A DNA stretch of 64,000 nucleotides from Bdellovibrionales bacterium (GTDB lineage Bacteria; Bdellovibrionota; Bdellovibrionia; Bdellovibrionales; UBA1609). Below are positions 10,466 through 21,255 of this stretch, in pieces. Each line of letters starts with the position of its first letter. Positions within the stretch are counted from its first letter, which is position 1. The DNA is taken from positions 128,001-192,000 of the forward strand of contig CBDBIB010000002.1 in NCBI GenBank assembly GCA_965205945.1. Direction: 5' to 3'. The notes under the pieces were generated by a model. The model saw nothing but the letters and a program-made list of their open reading frames with translations, had not been told where the DNA came from and searched no databases. The translations under genes and the position numbers were made by a program.

Positions 10466-10984
10466 ATGATTCGCTATTTTCAATTTGCTGCAAAAACTAA
10501 AGTTTTGATTTTAACCTTTATTGGAATTTTTTTCTTTGCTCTGGTAATCTTTCCTAACATTCCTTTAGGTGCTGAGACCCTTGATACACAATTTCAATAT
10601 GATTTTATGCTTGTTCAAAAACTAATGGCTCAATATGGCAAAGATGGTCGTTATACCTATTTAATTATGAGTTCTACTTTAGACATGTTATTTCCATTGA
10701 TCTATGGGACTTTTTTTGCAGGGCTAATTTATCGGTTTCGTATAAATAACTTGTTTGGTTGGTTTGCTGTTATTTCGGTTATAGCAGGTTGCACTGATCT
10801 TAGTGAAAACATTCAGGTTATAACGCTGCTATTACAGTATCCTGACATTTCACAAGGTCTGGTGCAAAGTGCATCATGGGCTACAAAAATTAAATGGAAT
10901 ATGGTGATTGTGACCAATCTTATTGCTGCAACCTGCGTCTTATTAGCAGCAGGTAAATTTGTTGCTAAGAAATTTGAAAAATAA
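10466..10984 (+). CDS. Hypothetical membrane protein (about 4 hydrophobic segments)
   Basis: 172-aa ORF with hydrophobic stretches and LDMLFPLIY / DLSEN motifs; no function recognised. Confidence 0.65.
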   Translation: MIRYFQFAAKTKVLILTFIGIFFFALVIFPNIPLGAETLDTQFQYDFMLVQKLMAQYGKDGRYTYLIMSSTLDMLFPLIYGTFFAGLIYRFRINNLFGWFAVISVIAGCTDLSENIQVITLLLQYPDISQGLVQSASWATKIKWNMVIVTNLIAATCVLLAAGKFVAKKFEK

Positions 10985-11389
10985 TATTTATAAATAATAG
11001 GTTTTTAAAGAGTAGCAAAAAGGATTTTAGAGTGGCTAGGAGGCATAATTTGTAGAGCTTTTAAACGCCGGATTGAAACTAAGGGGCCATATATAGGTTA
11101 TTTAGTAATTATAAAAAATTATGCAACTACTCTTTACTTATGAAATTTAATTTTTTACTTTGCTAAAAATAAATGTAGAAAAGCTCCTTAGTGGTGAAAA
11201 TAAAGGTTAGGCAGGTTTTAAAAATTAAGGGTTATCTTAATGGTATTAGGTATATACTTAATAAAAAAACAGGTTATTTCTTAAAACACTCGATTTTAGC
11301 GCTGGTAAGGTTAGCTAAGCATAATTACGCACAGCGTTTAAATTTTATCTATTCATAGAATTTTAAATATATTCCTTTAAATTAACTCA

Positions 11390-12367
11390 ATGCTTTTAAG
11401 TTTTTTATTTATTACAATTTTAGTCTTTTATTTTATTTCAATGGCTTATGTTTATCTTTATAGAGGCGAGGCCCGCTATGCAAGCATTTCTGAATACCTT
11501 AGAAAAGGGTGGCCTATTTTTGCTCCGTTTAATTGCATGCTTTATATATTTACAAAAAAAAGAGCACAAAGAGCAATCATGGATAATAACCTTTACCCTG
11601 AACTTAAAGAAATCACTGATAACTGGAAGAGTATTAAACAAGAAGGTCTTAGCCTTTTAAATAACAAGTTTTTTGATAAAACTACTAATGCTAAATCAAG
11701 TTCATATTACGATCTAGGGTTTAGAACTTTTTATAAATATGGGTGGAGTAAATTCTATCTTACTTGGTATGGCCATACTCATTTTTCAGCTAAAAAACTT
11801 TGCCCAAAAACTGTTAAAATAGTTAATAAATGTAAATCTGTAAATGGTGCGATGTTTACAATTCTTCCTCCTGGCTCAAAACTTACAAGGCATTTAGACC
11901 CTATTGCATGTTCTTTAAGGTATCATTTAGGCCTTCAGACTCCGAACTCAAATGATTGTTATATTAGTATTGATGATAAAATCTATTCATGGAAAGATGG
12001 TGAATCACTTTTATTTGATGAAACATATCTTCATTATGCACACAATGACACTGATACAAATAGGTTGATTTTAATGTGTGATATTGAGCGTCCAATGAAT
12101 ATATTTGGAAAAATCTTTAATCTTTTTTATAAAATATTCATGAAGTTTACAGTTGTTCCAAATATGATTGGAGATAAACGTGGATTAATAAATACAATAT
12201 TTTCTTTTATATCCCCTGTTTTAAAAAAATCAAAAAAACTTAAAAATAAAAACAAGTTATTATATCTACTTTTAAAATATAGCATAAACATTACTCTTAT
12301 AGCTCTTCTACTTTTTATTATTTTAAAATTAGTGAGGCTTGGAATGTTTTTAGTTCAAAATTTGTAG
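11390..12367 (+). CDS. Aspartyl/asparaginyl beta-hydroxylase family Fe(II)/2-oxoglutarate dioxygenase, LpxO-like
   Basis: GWSKFYLTWY, AMFTILPPGS.LTRHLDP, LRYHLGL, FDETYLH, RLILMCDIERP; N- and C-terminal membrane anchors as in LpxO. Confidence 0.85.
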   Translation: MLLSFLFITILVFYFISMAYVYLYRGEARYASISEYLRKGWPIFAPFNCMLYIFTKKRAQRAIMDNNLYPELKEITDNWKSIKQEGLSLLNNKFFDKTTNAKSSSYYDLGFRTFYKYGWSKFYLTWYGHTHFSAKKLCPKTVKIVNKCKSVNGAMFTILPPGSKLTRHLDPIACSLRYHLGLQTPNSNDCYISIDDKIYSWKDGESLLFDETYLHYAHNDTDTNRLILMCDIERPMNIFGKIFNLFYKIFMKFTVVPNMIGDKRGLINTIFSFISPVLKKSKKLKNKNKLLYLLLKYSINITLIALLLFIILKLVRLGMFLVQNL

Positions 12368-12482
12368 TAAAAAAATAAGCACTGGTTTATAGAAACTAAG
12401 GCAATTCTACGTCTTAAAAGTAGGTTTAAAAAGTTATAAATTACTTTTAAGCCACTGCCACTGTAATGGATTAACAGTATTT

Positions 12483-13874
12483 TTAAAATTTTATTTTAGA
12501 ATAATCTTTTTCTAAAAGCTTTAATTTTTTACGATCAACCTTTGGGATTTTATATTTATTTGCTAATATAAGTATATTTATATGATCTATGATTAAATAT
12601 TTTCTTAAAGCATCATTTACATCAGTCAGATTTAAATTTATGATTTTATTTAAATATGTATATAAAAGTTCACCCTTAATACCGCGAGAAACTAAGTCTA
12701 AATACAAGTTAGCTTCTTGCTCTTTAGTCTCCATATTTCTTAGAAATTGACCTTTCATAATGGCTATTGTTTTATCAAGCTCTATTTGAGTGATGCCATT
12801 TACTGCTGTGTCAGCGATAATCTTTTTAGCTTTAGTAATAAATTCTAAAACCTTATTATGTCTTACGCCACCAGAAATACCTATGATACCACCATCTTGC
12901 ATAGCCAGGAGATTTGCGTACACTCCATAAGTAAGGCCACTTTTAATTCTAAGTTCTTGATTAAGTCGGCTTTTAAAAGATCCACCTAAAACGCTGAGTC
13001 CAACTTTAAGAGCTTCGTAGTCTTCTGAGCTTCTATCAATTGCTGAAAAACCTATAGAAATATTTGCTTGCTGTAAATCTTTTTTATGAAAAAGCACAGA
13101 TTCCTTTATTTTTTCTGCAACTTTAACTCTGTTAAGCTTAGTTTCTTGAATTTCTTTTTTTAAATCCGTAAACCTTGAAAGAATAAAGGCTTCAGCATCC
13201 TCAGACCAATCTCCAATAAAAGCAATTTTTAAATTTTTTGCCTCCATGATTTGATCATATCTTTTTAAAACTTCACTGCGTTTTAGTTTAGGTAAAGATT
13301 TTAATGATCCTGTTGTAAACTTGCTATATTCATGTTTTTGAAACATTAACTGAGAAAATGCAATTTTTGCTAACGTCTTAGGATCATCTGCCATGGATTT
13401 TATTTCTGCAGTTTTTTTAAGTTTAACATCTAAAATAGAATTGTTATCAAATTTTGGAGATAGAATTACCTCAGTGAAAAGCTTTGTAATTTCTAAAGAA
13501 TCTTCTGTTAAACCTTGGGCTGTAAAAATAATTTGATCATTTAAAACAGAAGTTAAAAAAGAAGCTCCTAAATTAGTAAATTTTTGACTAATCTCTTTTT
13601 TAGTATGTTTTAAAGAGCCTTCAATTAAAAGATTTGCTGTTAAATGTGTAATACCTTGTTGATCTATAGGCTCATAAGCACTTCCTTTAGAAGACCAAAC
13701 TATAATTTGAAAAGACGGTAATGATTGATCCTTAAAACTTAGCACCTCAATACCATTTTGAAGGTTTTTCTTCTTTAAGTTTGTTTTAAAATTTTTATTT
13801 CCTGTTTGGCAGTTTAAATTAAAAACTGTGCTAATTAGAATTAAACTAATAGTTATTAATTTTTTTTTAATCAT
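12483..13874 (-). CDS. M16 peptidase, non-catalytic subunit (signal peptide)
   Basis: M16 fold motifs, HxxEH degenerate (HLTAN), SRLNQELR.KSGLTY. Confidence 0.85.
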   Translation of the reverse strand: MIKKKLITISLILISTVFNLNCQTGNKNFKTNLKKKNLQNGIEVLSFKDQSLPSFQIIVWSSKGSAYEPIDQQGITHLTANLLIEGSLKHTKKEISQKFTNLGASFLTSVLNDQIIFTAQGLTEDSLEITKLFTEVILSPKFDNNSILDVKLKKTAEIKSMADDPKTLAKIAFSQLMFQKHEYSKFTTGSLKSLPKLKRSEVLKRYDQIMEAKNLKIAFIGDWSEDAEAFILSRFTDLKKEIQETKLNRVKVAEKIKESVLFHKKDLQQANISIGFSAIDRSSEDYEALKVGLSVLGGSFKSRLNQELRIKSGLTYGVYANLLAMQDGGIIGISGGVRHNKVLEFITKAKKIIADTAVNGITQIELDKTIAIMKGQFLRNMETKEQEANLYLDLVSRGIKGELLYTYLNKIINLNLTDVNDALRKYLIIDHINILILANKYKIPKVDRKKLKLLEKDYSKIKF

Positions 13875-15178
13875 TTCCCTACCTCAACTATATTTAATTT
13901 AGCTATATTTAAATACTTTTTAGCAATTTCATTAATCTTTTTTAATGAAACTTTTTGATATTTTTCTGTATGTGTGAATAAACGGTTATAATCTTTAAAT
14001 AACAATTCATTAAAAGCAAGACCTCTGGCCTTGCCACTTAGTGTTTTATATCCATTTATCATAGAAACTTTCATTTGTTTTTTTGCAGCATTAAGTTCCT
14101 CTAAGGTTACACCTTTTTTAGCTGTTTTAGCAAGTATATCTTTAAATGTTATTTTCATTTTTAAAGAGCTTATCCCTGGTCTTAATGTATTAAAAAATAA
14201 TAAGATTCCTTTTCCTGAAGGTGTAAAATTCCACTGGCTAACACTAAGGTTATATTTTTTTTCTTCAACAAGCTCTTTATAAAGTCTGCTTGAAGTTCCA
14301 TCTGCTAGTATTGAGGCTAAAAGATCAAGGGCATAAACATCTTTTTCATGAATGGAAGTTCCAGGAAGTGATGTTGCAATGATTGTTGATTCAACAGGCT
14401 TTTTGATTTTTGTATAAAGTCCACCTCTTGTAAAAATTTTAGATTCAACAGTTTTTCTAGAAATTGTTTTAGCTTTATTTTTTCCAAAATATTTTTTAAT
14501 CCATTTTTTAGCTTTTAAAATTTTAAAATCTCCGACTATGACTAAGACAGCATTATTGGGTGCATAGTAATTTTTATAAAATTCCTTAAAATCTTGAGTA
14601 TCTGAATCTTTTAAATGCTTCATAGAACCAATAACAGGCCATTTGTATGGACTTTGAAGATAAGCATTTAAAAATAATTTTTCAAATGCCAGCCCTGAAG
14701 GACTATTTTCAATACGCATTCTACGTTCTTCTTTAACAACCTCACGTTCTCTTTTAATTTTATCTTGCGTAAGCTCTAAGTTCACCATTCGATCAGCTTC
14801 TAGTTCTAAAACTTTTTTTAAAGTTCCTGCGGGCATTTGAACATAATATCCTGTATAATCACGAGTGGTAAAAGCATTATTTACACCACCATTTTTCTCT
14901 ATGGTATTATCATAAACACCCTCTTTATGTTTAGTTGTGCCTTTAAACATTAAGTGTTCAAAAAAATGGGCAAGACCTGTTCTATTAGGATTTTCGTCAC
15001 TTGAACCTACGTCATACCATAAGTGTAGGGAGTACATTGCAAGCCTATTGTCTTGGTGTAGTAAAACGGTCATACCGTTATCTAAGTTATACTTATGAAC
15101 TTTAAATTTTTTTAGTTGAGCAGAAACTGCAAAAGAAAAAAATACTGAGCATAAAATTAAATGCCTTAAGAACTTCAT
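13871..15178 (-). CDS. M16 (pitrilysin) zinc peptidase, catalytic subunit
   Basis: GLAHFFEHLMFKGT, NAFTTRDYT, EREVVKEERR. Confidence 0.92.
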   Translation of the reverse strand: MKFLRHLILCSVFFSFAVSAQLKKFKVHKYNLDNGMTVLLHQDNRLAMYSLHLWYDVGSSDENPNRTGLAHFFEHLMFKGTTKHKEGVYDNTIEKNGGVNNAFTTRDYTGYYVQMPAGTLKKVLELEADRMVNLELTQDKIKREREVVKEERRMRIENSPSGLAFEKLFLNAYLQSPYKWPVIGSMKHLKDSDTQDFKEFYKNYYAPNNAVLVIVGDFKILKAKKWIKKYFGKNKAKTISRKTVESKIFTRGGLYTKIKKPVESTIIATSLPGTSIHEKDVYALDLLASILADGTSSRLYKELVEEKKYNLSVSQWNFTPSGKGILLFFNTLRPGISSLKMKITFKDILAKTAKKGVTLEELNAAKKQMKVSMINGYKTLSGKARGLAFNELLFKDYNRLFTHTEKYQKVSLKKINEIAKKYLNIAKLNIVEVGK

Positions 15179-15335
15179 TTTTACCTACTTTTAAAGTAAA
15201 TCTAAAAAATTATAGATTTAAATCATAAGGCTAACAGATTCTTTTTAAACTTTAAACTACTTCTTTAACTACATTAAGGTATGCCCTTGGTCTGTGAACG
15301 CTTTTTGCATGACTCTTTCTTTTTAGGGGAGACGC

Positions 15336-15554
15336 ATGAAATTTTATCAACAAATTGATTATAATAATTTTGTATTAGATTCTACAAACTCTAAACATCA
15401 TGAGTTTTATAAAGATCAAAACCACTGCTGTTTTTGTGGACATGAGCTAGAGATCAAGACTATTAAGAGAACTGGACAAAATAAACTTGAAGAAGAGGGT
15501 AAATGCCCCTCTTGTAATGAATATATTATTAAAAAAAAACATGATATTCAATAA
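15336..15554 (+). CDS. Small zinc-ribbon protein
   Basis: 72 aa with CCFC...CPSC; SD-like GGGGAG just upstream. Confidence 0.65.
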   Translation: MKFYQQIDYNNFVLDSTNSKHHEFYKDQNHCCFCGHELEIKTIKRTGQNKLEEEGKCPSCNEYIIKKKHDIQ

Positions 15555-15577
15555 ATCTAGTTTTTTTTAGTGATCTG

Positions 15578-16753
15578 TCAATTATTTGTCTTTTTCATAA
15601 ATGCTGTCATTAAAATGATCAATGCTAAAGACATCAGTACTGGAACTGAATATATTGCTTTATCTATTCCATAAAGATCAGTAAGCTTTCCAACAACCAT
15701 GTGAAGACCAACTACAAACATGGATGATATTGCAATTATCCTAGCTATTAAAACATCAAATTGTTCAGGCCACATATTAGATATTTCATCCATTACAATT
15801 GGAAAGACTGGGGCAAAAGAGGCACCCATTAATGAGAAAAAATATGTTGAAACATTATACCCTAAAAAAATGAAACCAAGAGATGTAATTAAACAGGTCA
15901 GTAAAATTTTTAAAGCTGAGATATGAAAATTCATGAAAAAAAATAAAAACCTTATAAAAAACATTGCTAAAAAGAATAAGAATAAATGCTGTGATGCTCG
16001 TTCAAAGTTTAAACCTAAACCGTTTAAAAACACAACAAGCCTTGTTGACATAATAAGCTCAGATGCAATGTAAAAAGATAAAAACAGTACCCATATTATA
16101 ACCCAAAAATTAGATAATGGTGGAGGAGGTATTTTTTTTATCTTAATTTTTTTTTTCTCTTCTTTTAAAAAAAATAAAGATACTATAAAGGGGCAAGATA
16201 AAAAAAAGACTCCAATTAAAAGCCAATTCCAAGGAAGAATATTTTTTAATTTTAAGATTGTTAATGGAGCTGTCATTGCTGCTAAAGCATAAAAACAGTG
16301 TAGAAGTGAAAAAAGTTGACGTCTGAGTTCTATTTTTTTCACTAGGCTTATTAAAATATTTTGTCCAACAGCCGTCCAGCCAAGTCCTAGACCAAACAAA
16401 AATGCTGTTATTAAAGCCCCACTTAAATTAGGAAATAAAATTAAACCTAGTGGACTGCTCCCCATTCCTAAACCACCTAGAAAAAGAAGTTTTTTAAGTC
16501 CCCATTTTTTAAGAATTGAATCTGCTAAAGCTGAAGATAAAATAGTGATAAAAGACGTTACTGCAAAAAACAAAGCTCCTTTAGATGCACTTTCTTTGGT
16601 GGCTTCTAAAAAAATTGGAAAAAATGGACTTCTTGCATTATCCATCCATCCTAAGGCAAAAAGAGATAAGCATGCAACAAGCACAGGAAGGTAATCTGAT
16701 TTAGTAAATTTATGCATAATATTTATCTTTATATAAAAGATCGATTTTAGCAT
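15578..16753 (-). CDS. MFS transporter
   Basis: About 12 hydrophobic segments; motif-A-like LADSILKKWG; GKLTDLYG. Confidence 0.85.
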   Translation of the reverse strand: MLKSIFYIKINIMHKFTKSDYLPVLVACLSLFALGWMDNARSPFFPIFLEATKESASKGALFFAVTSFITILSSALADSILKKWGLKKLLFLGGLGMGSSPLGLILFPNLSGALITAFLFGLGLGWTAVGQNILISLVKKIELRRQLFSLLHCFYALAAMTAPLTILKLKNILPWNWLLIGVFFLSCPFIVSLFFLKEEKKKIKIKKIPPPPLSNFWVIIWVLFLSFYIASELIMSTRLVVFLNGLGLNFERASQHLFLFFLAMFFIRFLFFFMNFHISALKILLTCLITSLGFIFLGYNVSTYFFSLMGASFAPVFPIVMDEISNMWPEQFDVLIARIIAISSMFVVGLHMVVGKLTDLYGIDKAIYSVPVLMSLALIILMTAFMKKTNN

Positions 16754-16994
16754 ACATAATTTAAAGATACTAAGGTATTTTTTATTAGATCTTTTTAAGC
16801 TTAAACCTTAAAAAGAAGCTAAAGATTTGATTTAATTAGAATTTTAAGACAAATAAATTTTATAAAGTAAAAATAAAAGAAAGTAATATTGCACCACAGC
16901 TATTTTTATAAATTGTAAGATCAAGGGTTTAAAATTTTGCTTAATTAAAACTGTAAGAATCTTATTCTTAGATTATAACTTTTTAAATAATAGA

Positions 16995-17609
16995 TTAAAA
17001 TTTATTTTTTGCTTCTGGTATAAGCTTTTTTAAAAGCTGTCTTACTGCATTTCCTCTATGTGAAATAGCATTTTTTTCATAAGGGGTAAGTTCAGCCATA
17101 GTTTTATTCATGCCTTGGGGAATAAATAAAGAATCATAGCCAAAACCGCCTTTTGCATTTGAAGGGATAGGGGCAATACTTCCTTTACACTCTCCTATTA
17201 TTTCAAATTTTTGATCATTTGGACCTAAAGCAATAATCTGGCAAACGTAGCGAGCGCTTCGGTCTAAAGTTTTTTTAAAATTTAGCATTTTATAAAGTTT
17301 GTCGTTATTTTGGCGATCAATAGCTGTGGGGCCTGCATATCTTGCAGAGTGAACTCCTGGAAGATTATTTAAAGCCGTAACCTGAATTCCAGAATCTTCA
17401 GCAATAACCCAGTCAGGACCAGTTATAAAAGGGCGAAATGACTTAGCCTTAAGGAGAGCATTTTCTAAAAAAGTGGATCCTGTTTCTTTTGGAGCTTTGT
17501 AAAATTCAATTTCTTTTGCTGATTTAATAGTAAAGTTAGTGTTTTTAAAAAGACTTTGAAAATCTTTAAGTTTATTTTGGTTAAAAGATGCAATCCATAA
17601 ATTAGGCAA
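16995..17609 (-). CDS. rdgB: Non-canonical purine NTP pyrophosphatase (HAM1)
   Basis: ETGSTFLENA, EDSG, PGVHSARYAG, GFGYD, SHRGNA. Confidence 0.95.
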   Translation of the reverse strand: MPNLWIASFNQNKLKDFQSLFKNTNFTIKSAKEIEFYKAPKETGSTFLENALLKAKSFRPFITGPDWVIAEDSGIQVTALNNLPGVHSARYAGPTAIDRQNNDKLYKMLNFKKTLDRSARYVCQIIALGPNDQKFEIIGECKGSIAPIPSNAKGGFGYDSLFIPQGMNKTMAELTPYEKNAISHRGNAVRQLLKKLIPEAKNKF

Positions 17610-18330
17610 GAAGAGTCTCCCATCCTAGAGCTTGTTTTTGTGCTTTAAATAAAACTTGAGAGGCTTTTTGAGTATTTTTAATAAGACTAAGAAGTTGTTT
17701 AAGATCAAAAGCAGTTTTTTCTGCAGTTCCTTGAATTTCAATAAACTGTTGTTTGTTATTTATTACAAGGTTCACATCAGAATCACAGCTAGAGTCTTCC
17801 TCATAATCTAAATCAACTAAAAGTTCACCGTTTACATAGCCTGAAGAAAGGCCCACAATTTGAAACATTAAAGGGTTTTTTTTAATCTGTCCTTGGAGTT
17901 TTAAGAATTCAAAAGCTCTAGCAAGGGCAACAAATCCACCAGTTATAGAAGCTGTTCGTGTTCCACCGTCTGCTTGTAAAACATCACAGTCGATAATAAT
18001 AGATTTTTCAGCAAAGGCTTTCATGTCAACACAGGCCCTAAGTGACCTTCCAATAAGTCTTGAGATTTCCTGAGATCTTCCCCCTGAAAAAGCCTTTTCT
18101 CTTCTTATACGAGTATGTGTTGAACGAGGAAGCATTGAATATTCAACAGTAATCCAACCCTCATTGCTACCTTGCAGCCACCTTGGAACATTATCTTCAA
18201 CGGTAGCAGTACAAAGAACTCTGGTTTTTCCAAAAGAAACAATACAACTTCCTTCAGCATATTCAATTGGATCCATCTTAAAATTTACAGGACGCATGGA
18301 AAGATTTTCTCGATTGTTTTTTCTTATCAT
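17602..18330 (-). CDS. rph: Ribonuclease PH
   Basis: EYSMLPRST, EISRLIGRSLR, QADGGTRTASITG, EIQGTAE. Confidence 0.97.
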   Translation of the reverse strand: MIRKNNRENLSMRPVNFKMDPIEYAEGSCIVSFGKTRVLCTATVEDNVPRWLQGSNEGWITVEYSMLPRSTHTRIRREKAFSGGRSQEISRLIGRSLRACVDMKAFAEKSIIIDCDVLQADGGTRTASITGGFVALARAFEFLKLQGQIKKNPLMFQIVGLSSGYVNGELLVDLDYEEDSSCDSDVNLVINNKQQFIEIQGTAEKTAFDLKQLLSLIKNTQKASQVLFKAQKQALGWETLLA

Positions 18331-18658
18331 ATATAGTTTGTTGCATCAATAAAGTGGTTTGTCTAGAGTAGTAAGAAATATGTATTTTTTTAAATTATTG
18401 AAATAAAAAAAATATTTAATTTAAAGAAAAATAAAAAAAATGGTCTGGAAAAAGAGAAAAAAGTGGTCTTTAAAATGGAAGTAAAGACACAAAGGTAAAG
18501 AGTTAAAAAGATTTTGTATCTATCTAAAAATATTGACTTTTTCTTTTTTTAAAAGTAATTTTTAAAGAAAATCTAATTTGAGTAAAAATTATATGATTAA
18601 GGTTTTAAAAACTTATAAGAAGGTGGTATATTTTAGAATAAAATATTAAGGAGAATAC

Positions 18659-19720
18659 ATGTCTGAAGTTCAAAGTTCTAATTTAGTTAAAGGAAAGTAT
18701 TGGATCACGGGTGCTGGGGTTCAATCTGCAAGTTTAGCTATATTAGCTGTAATAGGAATTGCGTTTGCCCTGTCAGTAACAAAAAGTATCATGATTCCTT
18801 TTGTATTAAGTTTATTTTTATATTTTATTTTATCTCCAGTTAGAACTTTTTTTATTCAAAAAATGAAATTTCCAGAATGGCTGGCCCTAATCTCAACTTT
18901 TGCAGTAGTAGCGTTACTTTTAACGCTTGTGTTTTTTATTCTTTTTTCAGCTTTTCAAGAATTTGCCATGGGCTATGGAGTTTATGAAGCTAAAGCTGTT
19001 TACTTTATAGACTCTATGCAGGAGTTTTTGATAAATAAAGGGGTGCCTATTGAGCATATTGATTTTGCAATAATGCTAAAAAACTTACCTCTTACACAAC
19101 TTGCTAAAGGTGCTGGAGCTAGTGTGTTGAATTTAGTTTCTACAACAATTCTAGTTTTTATATTTTTTATATTTTTATTTACGGGTGGATCTAAAGTAAA
19201 AAAAGTCACTAAGAAAAAAACAGGATTGAGTGCTGAGGTTAATGCACAAATTCGTAAATACTTAACGATAAAAGTTTTAACTTCGTTTGTAACCTCGACT
19301 ATTATTTTTGTAATTTTCACTATATTTGATTTGGATTTAGCATTTGTTTTTGCTTTTTTAGTTTTTATATTAAATTTTATTCCTACAGTGGGATCATTTT
19401 TTGCAACGATACTGCCATTTCCGGTGGCTTTTTTCCAATTCGAATCAACGATGCCAATAGTCTTAGTTTTGGTTATTCCAGGAATTATTCAGTTTATTAT
19501 TGGTAGTATTTTAGAACCAAGAGCTATGGGACAGAGTTTAAATATTCATCCTGTAGTAGTATTGATGTCTTTAATGTTTTGGGGGCTTATTTGGGGAATT
19601 GTAGGTGCTTTTTTAGCTGTGCCTATAACTGTTGTAATTAAAATAGGAATACATAAAATTGAGGGTGGAAAGTTTATAGCTAAAGCGATATCAGGCAGTT
19701 TTAATGATTTAGAAGTGTAG
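18659..19720 (+). CDS. AI-2E family transporter
   Basis: NFIPTVGS, LEPRAMG.SLNIHP, WGIVGAFLAVP. Confidence 0.9.
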   Translation: MSEVQSSNLVKGKYWITGAGVQSASLAILAVIGIAFALSVTKSIMIPFVLSLFLYFILSPVRTFFIQKMKFPEWLALISTFAVVALLLTLVFFILFSAFQEFAMGYGVYEAKAVYFIDSMQEFLINKGVPIEHIDFAIMLKNLPLTQLAKGAGASVLNLVSTTILVFIFFIFLFTGGSKVKKVTKKKTGLSAEVNAQIRKYLTIKVLTSFVTSTIIFVIFTIFDLDLAFVFAFLVFILNFIPTVGSFFATILPFPVAFFQFESTMPIVLVLVIPGIIQFIIGSILEPRAMGQSLNIHPVVVLMSLMFWGLIWGIVGAFLAVPITVVIKIGIHKIEGGKFIAKAISGSFNDLEV

Positions 19721-19738
19721 TAGAGGTAGTTAATTTTT

Positions 19739-19765
19739 TATTTAGTGTATTTAGTGTATTTAGTG
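19739..19765. repeat. Short tandem repeat (TATTTAGTG) x3
   Basis: Directly visible in the intergenic sequence. Confidence 0.7.
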
Positions 19766-19940
19766 ATTTTTGTATAAATTTTTAAGAGCGCTTGTATGCT
19801 TGAGTGTTAAATGATTTTTAAGATGCTTACTTAAGTGTCTTTAAAGAAGAATAGTTGGTTTTTATTTTTATTAAATTAAGTGTTTTTATATTTACTTATT
19901 CTTAATGAATGAAAAAATTATGGGCTTTAGTAACAGGCTT

Positions 19941-21245
19941 TTAAATTAATACACTAACAATACAGGCTGTGATATAAGCTGCAAAAGTACCTGCTAAAAC
20001 AGCCTTTAAACCAAGTTTAGCAAGTTCTTCTGAGCGGTTAGGGGCTAAAGCTCCAATTCCACCAATTTGAATTCCTATGGAGCTAAAGTTTGCAAAGCCA
20101 CAAAGAGCGTAAGAAAGAATAAGCACAGAACGCTCTGATAAAGTATCTAAATTCTTACTTAAATCTATATAGGCTATAAATTCATTAAGAATTAGTTTTT
20201 TTGCTAAAAGTGAAGCTGAGAGCCATGCATCTTGAAAAGGAATTCCTAAGAGTAGACTAAAAGGATAAAAGACCCAGGAGAAAATAACGGAAAAAGTTAA
20301 AAGAGGTTTTCCTTGAGTATAAAGACTTGGATGAACTAAGTTTTCTCCCCAATAGCTAAACCAAAAGATATTTTCAGCACTTATAGAAAGTATAAAATCA
20401 AAAAAAGCCATTAAAGCAATAAAAGCTAAAAGCATAGCTCCAACGTTTAAGGCAAGTTTAAGCCCTTGAGTTGTTCCCTTAGAGCAGGCATCAATAAAGT
20501 TAGAGTATTCTGATTTTAAAAACTGAGAGGGAACTCCACCTGCTGTTTCCGGGGTAGTAGTTTCAGGAATAAGAATTTTAGCGCAAATAAAAGAGGCTGG
20601 AGCAGAAAGAATACTTGCCGTTAATAAGTGTCCACCAATTGTGGGGATAGCATCTTTTAAAAGGCCAATATATGCAGCCATGACAGCTCCTGCCACAGTA
20701 GCCATCCCTCCAACCATAAGACAAAAAAGTTCAGAATGAGTCATTTTTTTTAAAAAAGGCCTTATAATTAAAGGAGCCTCGGTTTGTCCTACAAAAATAT
20801 TAGCGCTTGCAGCTAAAGATTCAACACCACTAATTTTAAAAATTTTTGTAAAGACTATAGAAAAAGCATAAACAACAATTGGAAGAATTCTTAAGTGGTA
20901 AAGAAGAGCCATTAAGCTTGAGAAAAAAACAATAGTGGGGAGAACTTTAAAGGCTATGATAAAACCCCATGTATCAACATCAACTAAAGGGCCAAATAAA
21001 AAAGCACTTCCATGATCTGTAAATTGGAGTATTTTTATAATAGTAATATTAACGTATTCAAACACTAAGCTGCCTAAGCCGGGAATATTTATAGCAGGAA
21101 TTCCTAAAATTAATAATGCTAAGATAAATTGAAACAAGATTCCTGATATTATAAGACGCCAGTTTATTTTCTTTCTATTTTCAGAAAGAAGAACTAAAAT
21201 TCCTAAGAAGATAAATATTCCTATAAGGCCTAGTCCTTGCTTCAT
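19941..21245 (-). CDS. CNT family Na+/H+ nucleoside transporter (NupC/NupX-like)
   Basis: NIFVGQTEAPL, GGMATVAG, YALCGFANFSSIGIQIGG. Confidence 0.93.
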   Translation of the reverse strand: MKQGLGLIGIFIFLGILVLLSENRKKINWRLIISGILFQFILALLILGIPAINIPGLGSLVFEYVNITIIKILQFTDHGSAFLFGPLVDVDTWGFIIAFKVLPTIVFFSSLMALLYHLRILPIVVYAFSIVFTKIFKISGVESLAASANIFVGQTEAPLIIRPFLKKMTHSELFCLMVGGMATVAGAVMAAYIGLLKDAIPTIGGHLLTASILSAPASFICAKILIPETTTPETAGGVPSQFLKSEYSNFIDACSKGTTQGLKLALNVGAMLLAFIALMAFFDFILSISAENIFWFSYWGENLVHPSLYTQGKPLLTFSVIFSWVFYPFSLLLGIPFQDAWLSASLLAKKLILNEFIAYIDLSKNLDTLSERSVLILSYALCGFANFSSIGIQIGGIGALAPNRSEELAKLGLKAVLAGTFAAYITACIVSVLI

Positions 21246-21255
21246 AGCTTTGTGC

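Noticed and set aside
15292..15310. Possible sigma54 promoter before the zinc-ribbon gene
   Set aside because: Reads TG-N10-GC and lacks the invariant GG.
18430..18480. AAA(A/G)TGG repeats resembling MraZ boxes
   Set aside because: Spacing is irregular, no mraZ/dcw genes are adjacent, and the motif is plausible by chance in A-rich DNA.
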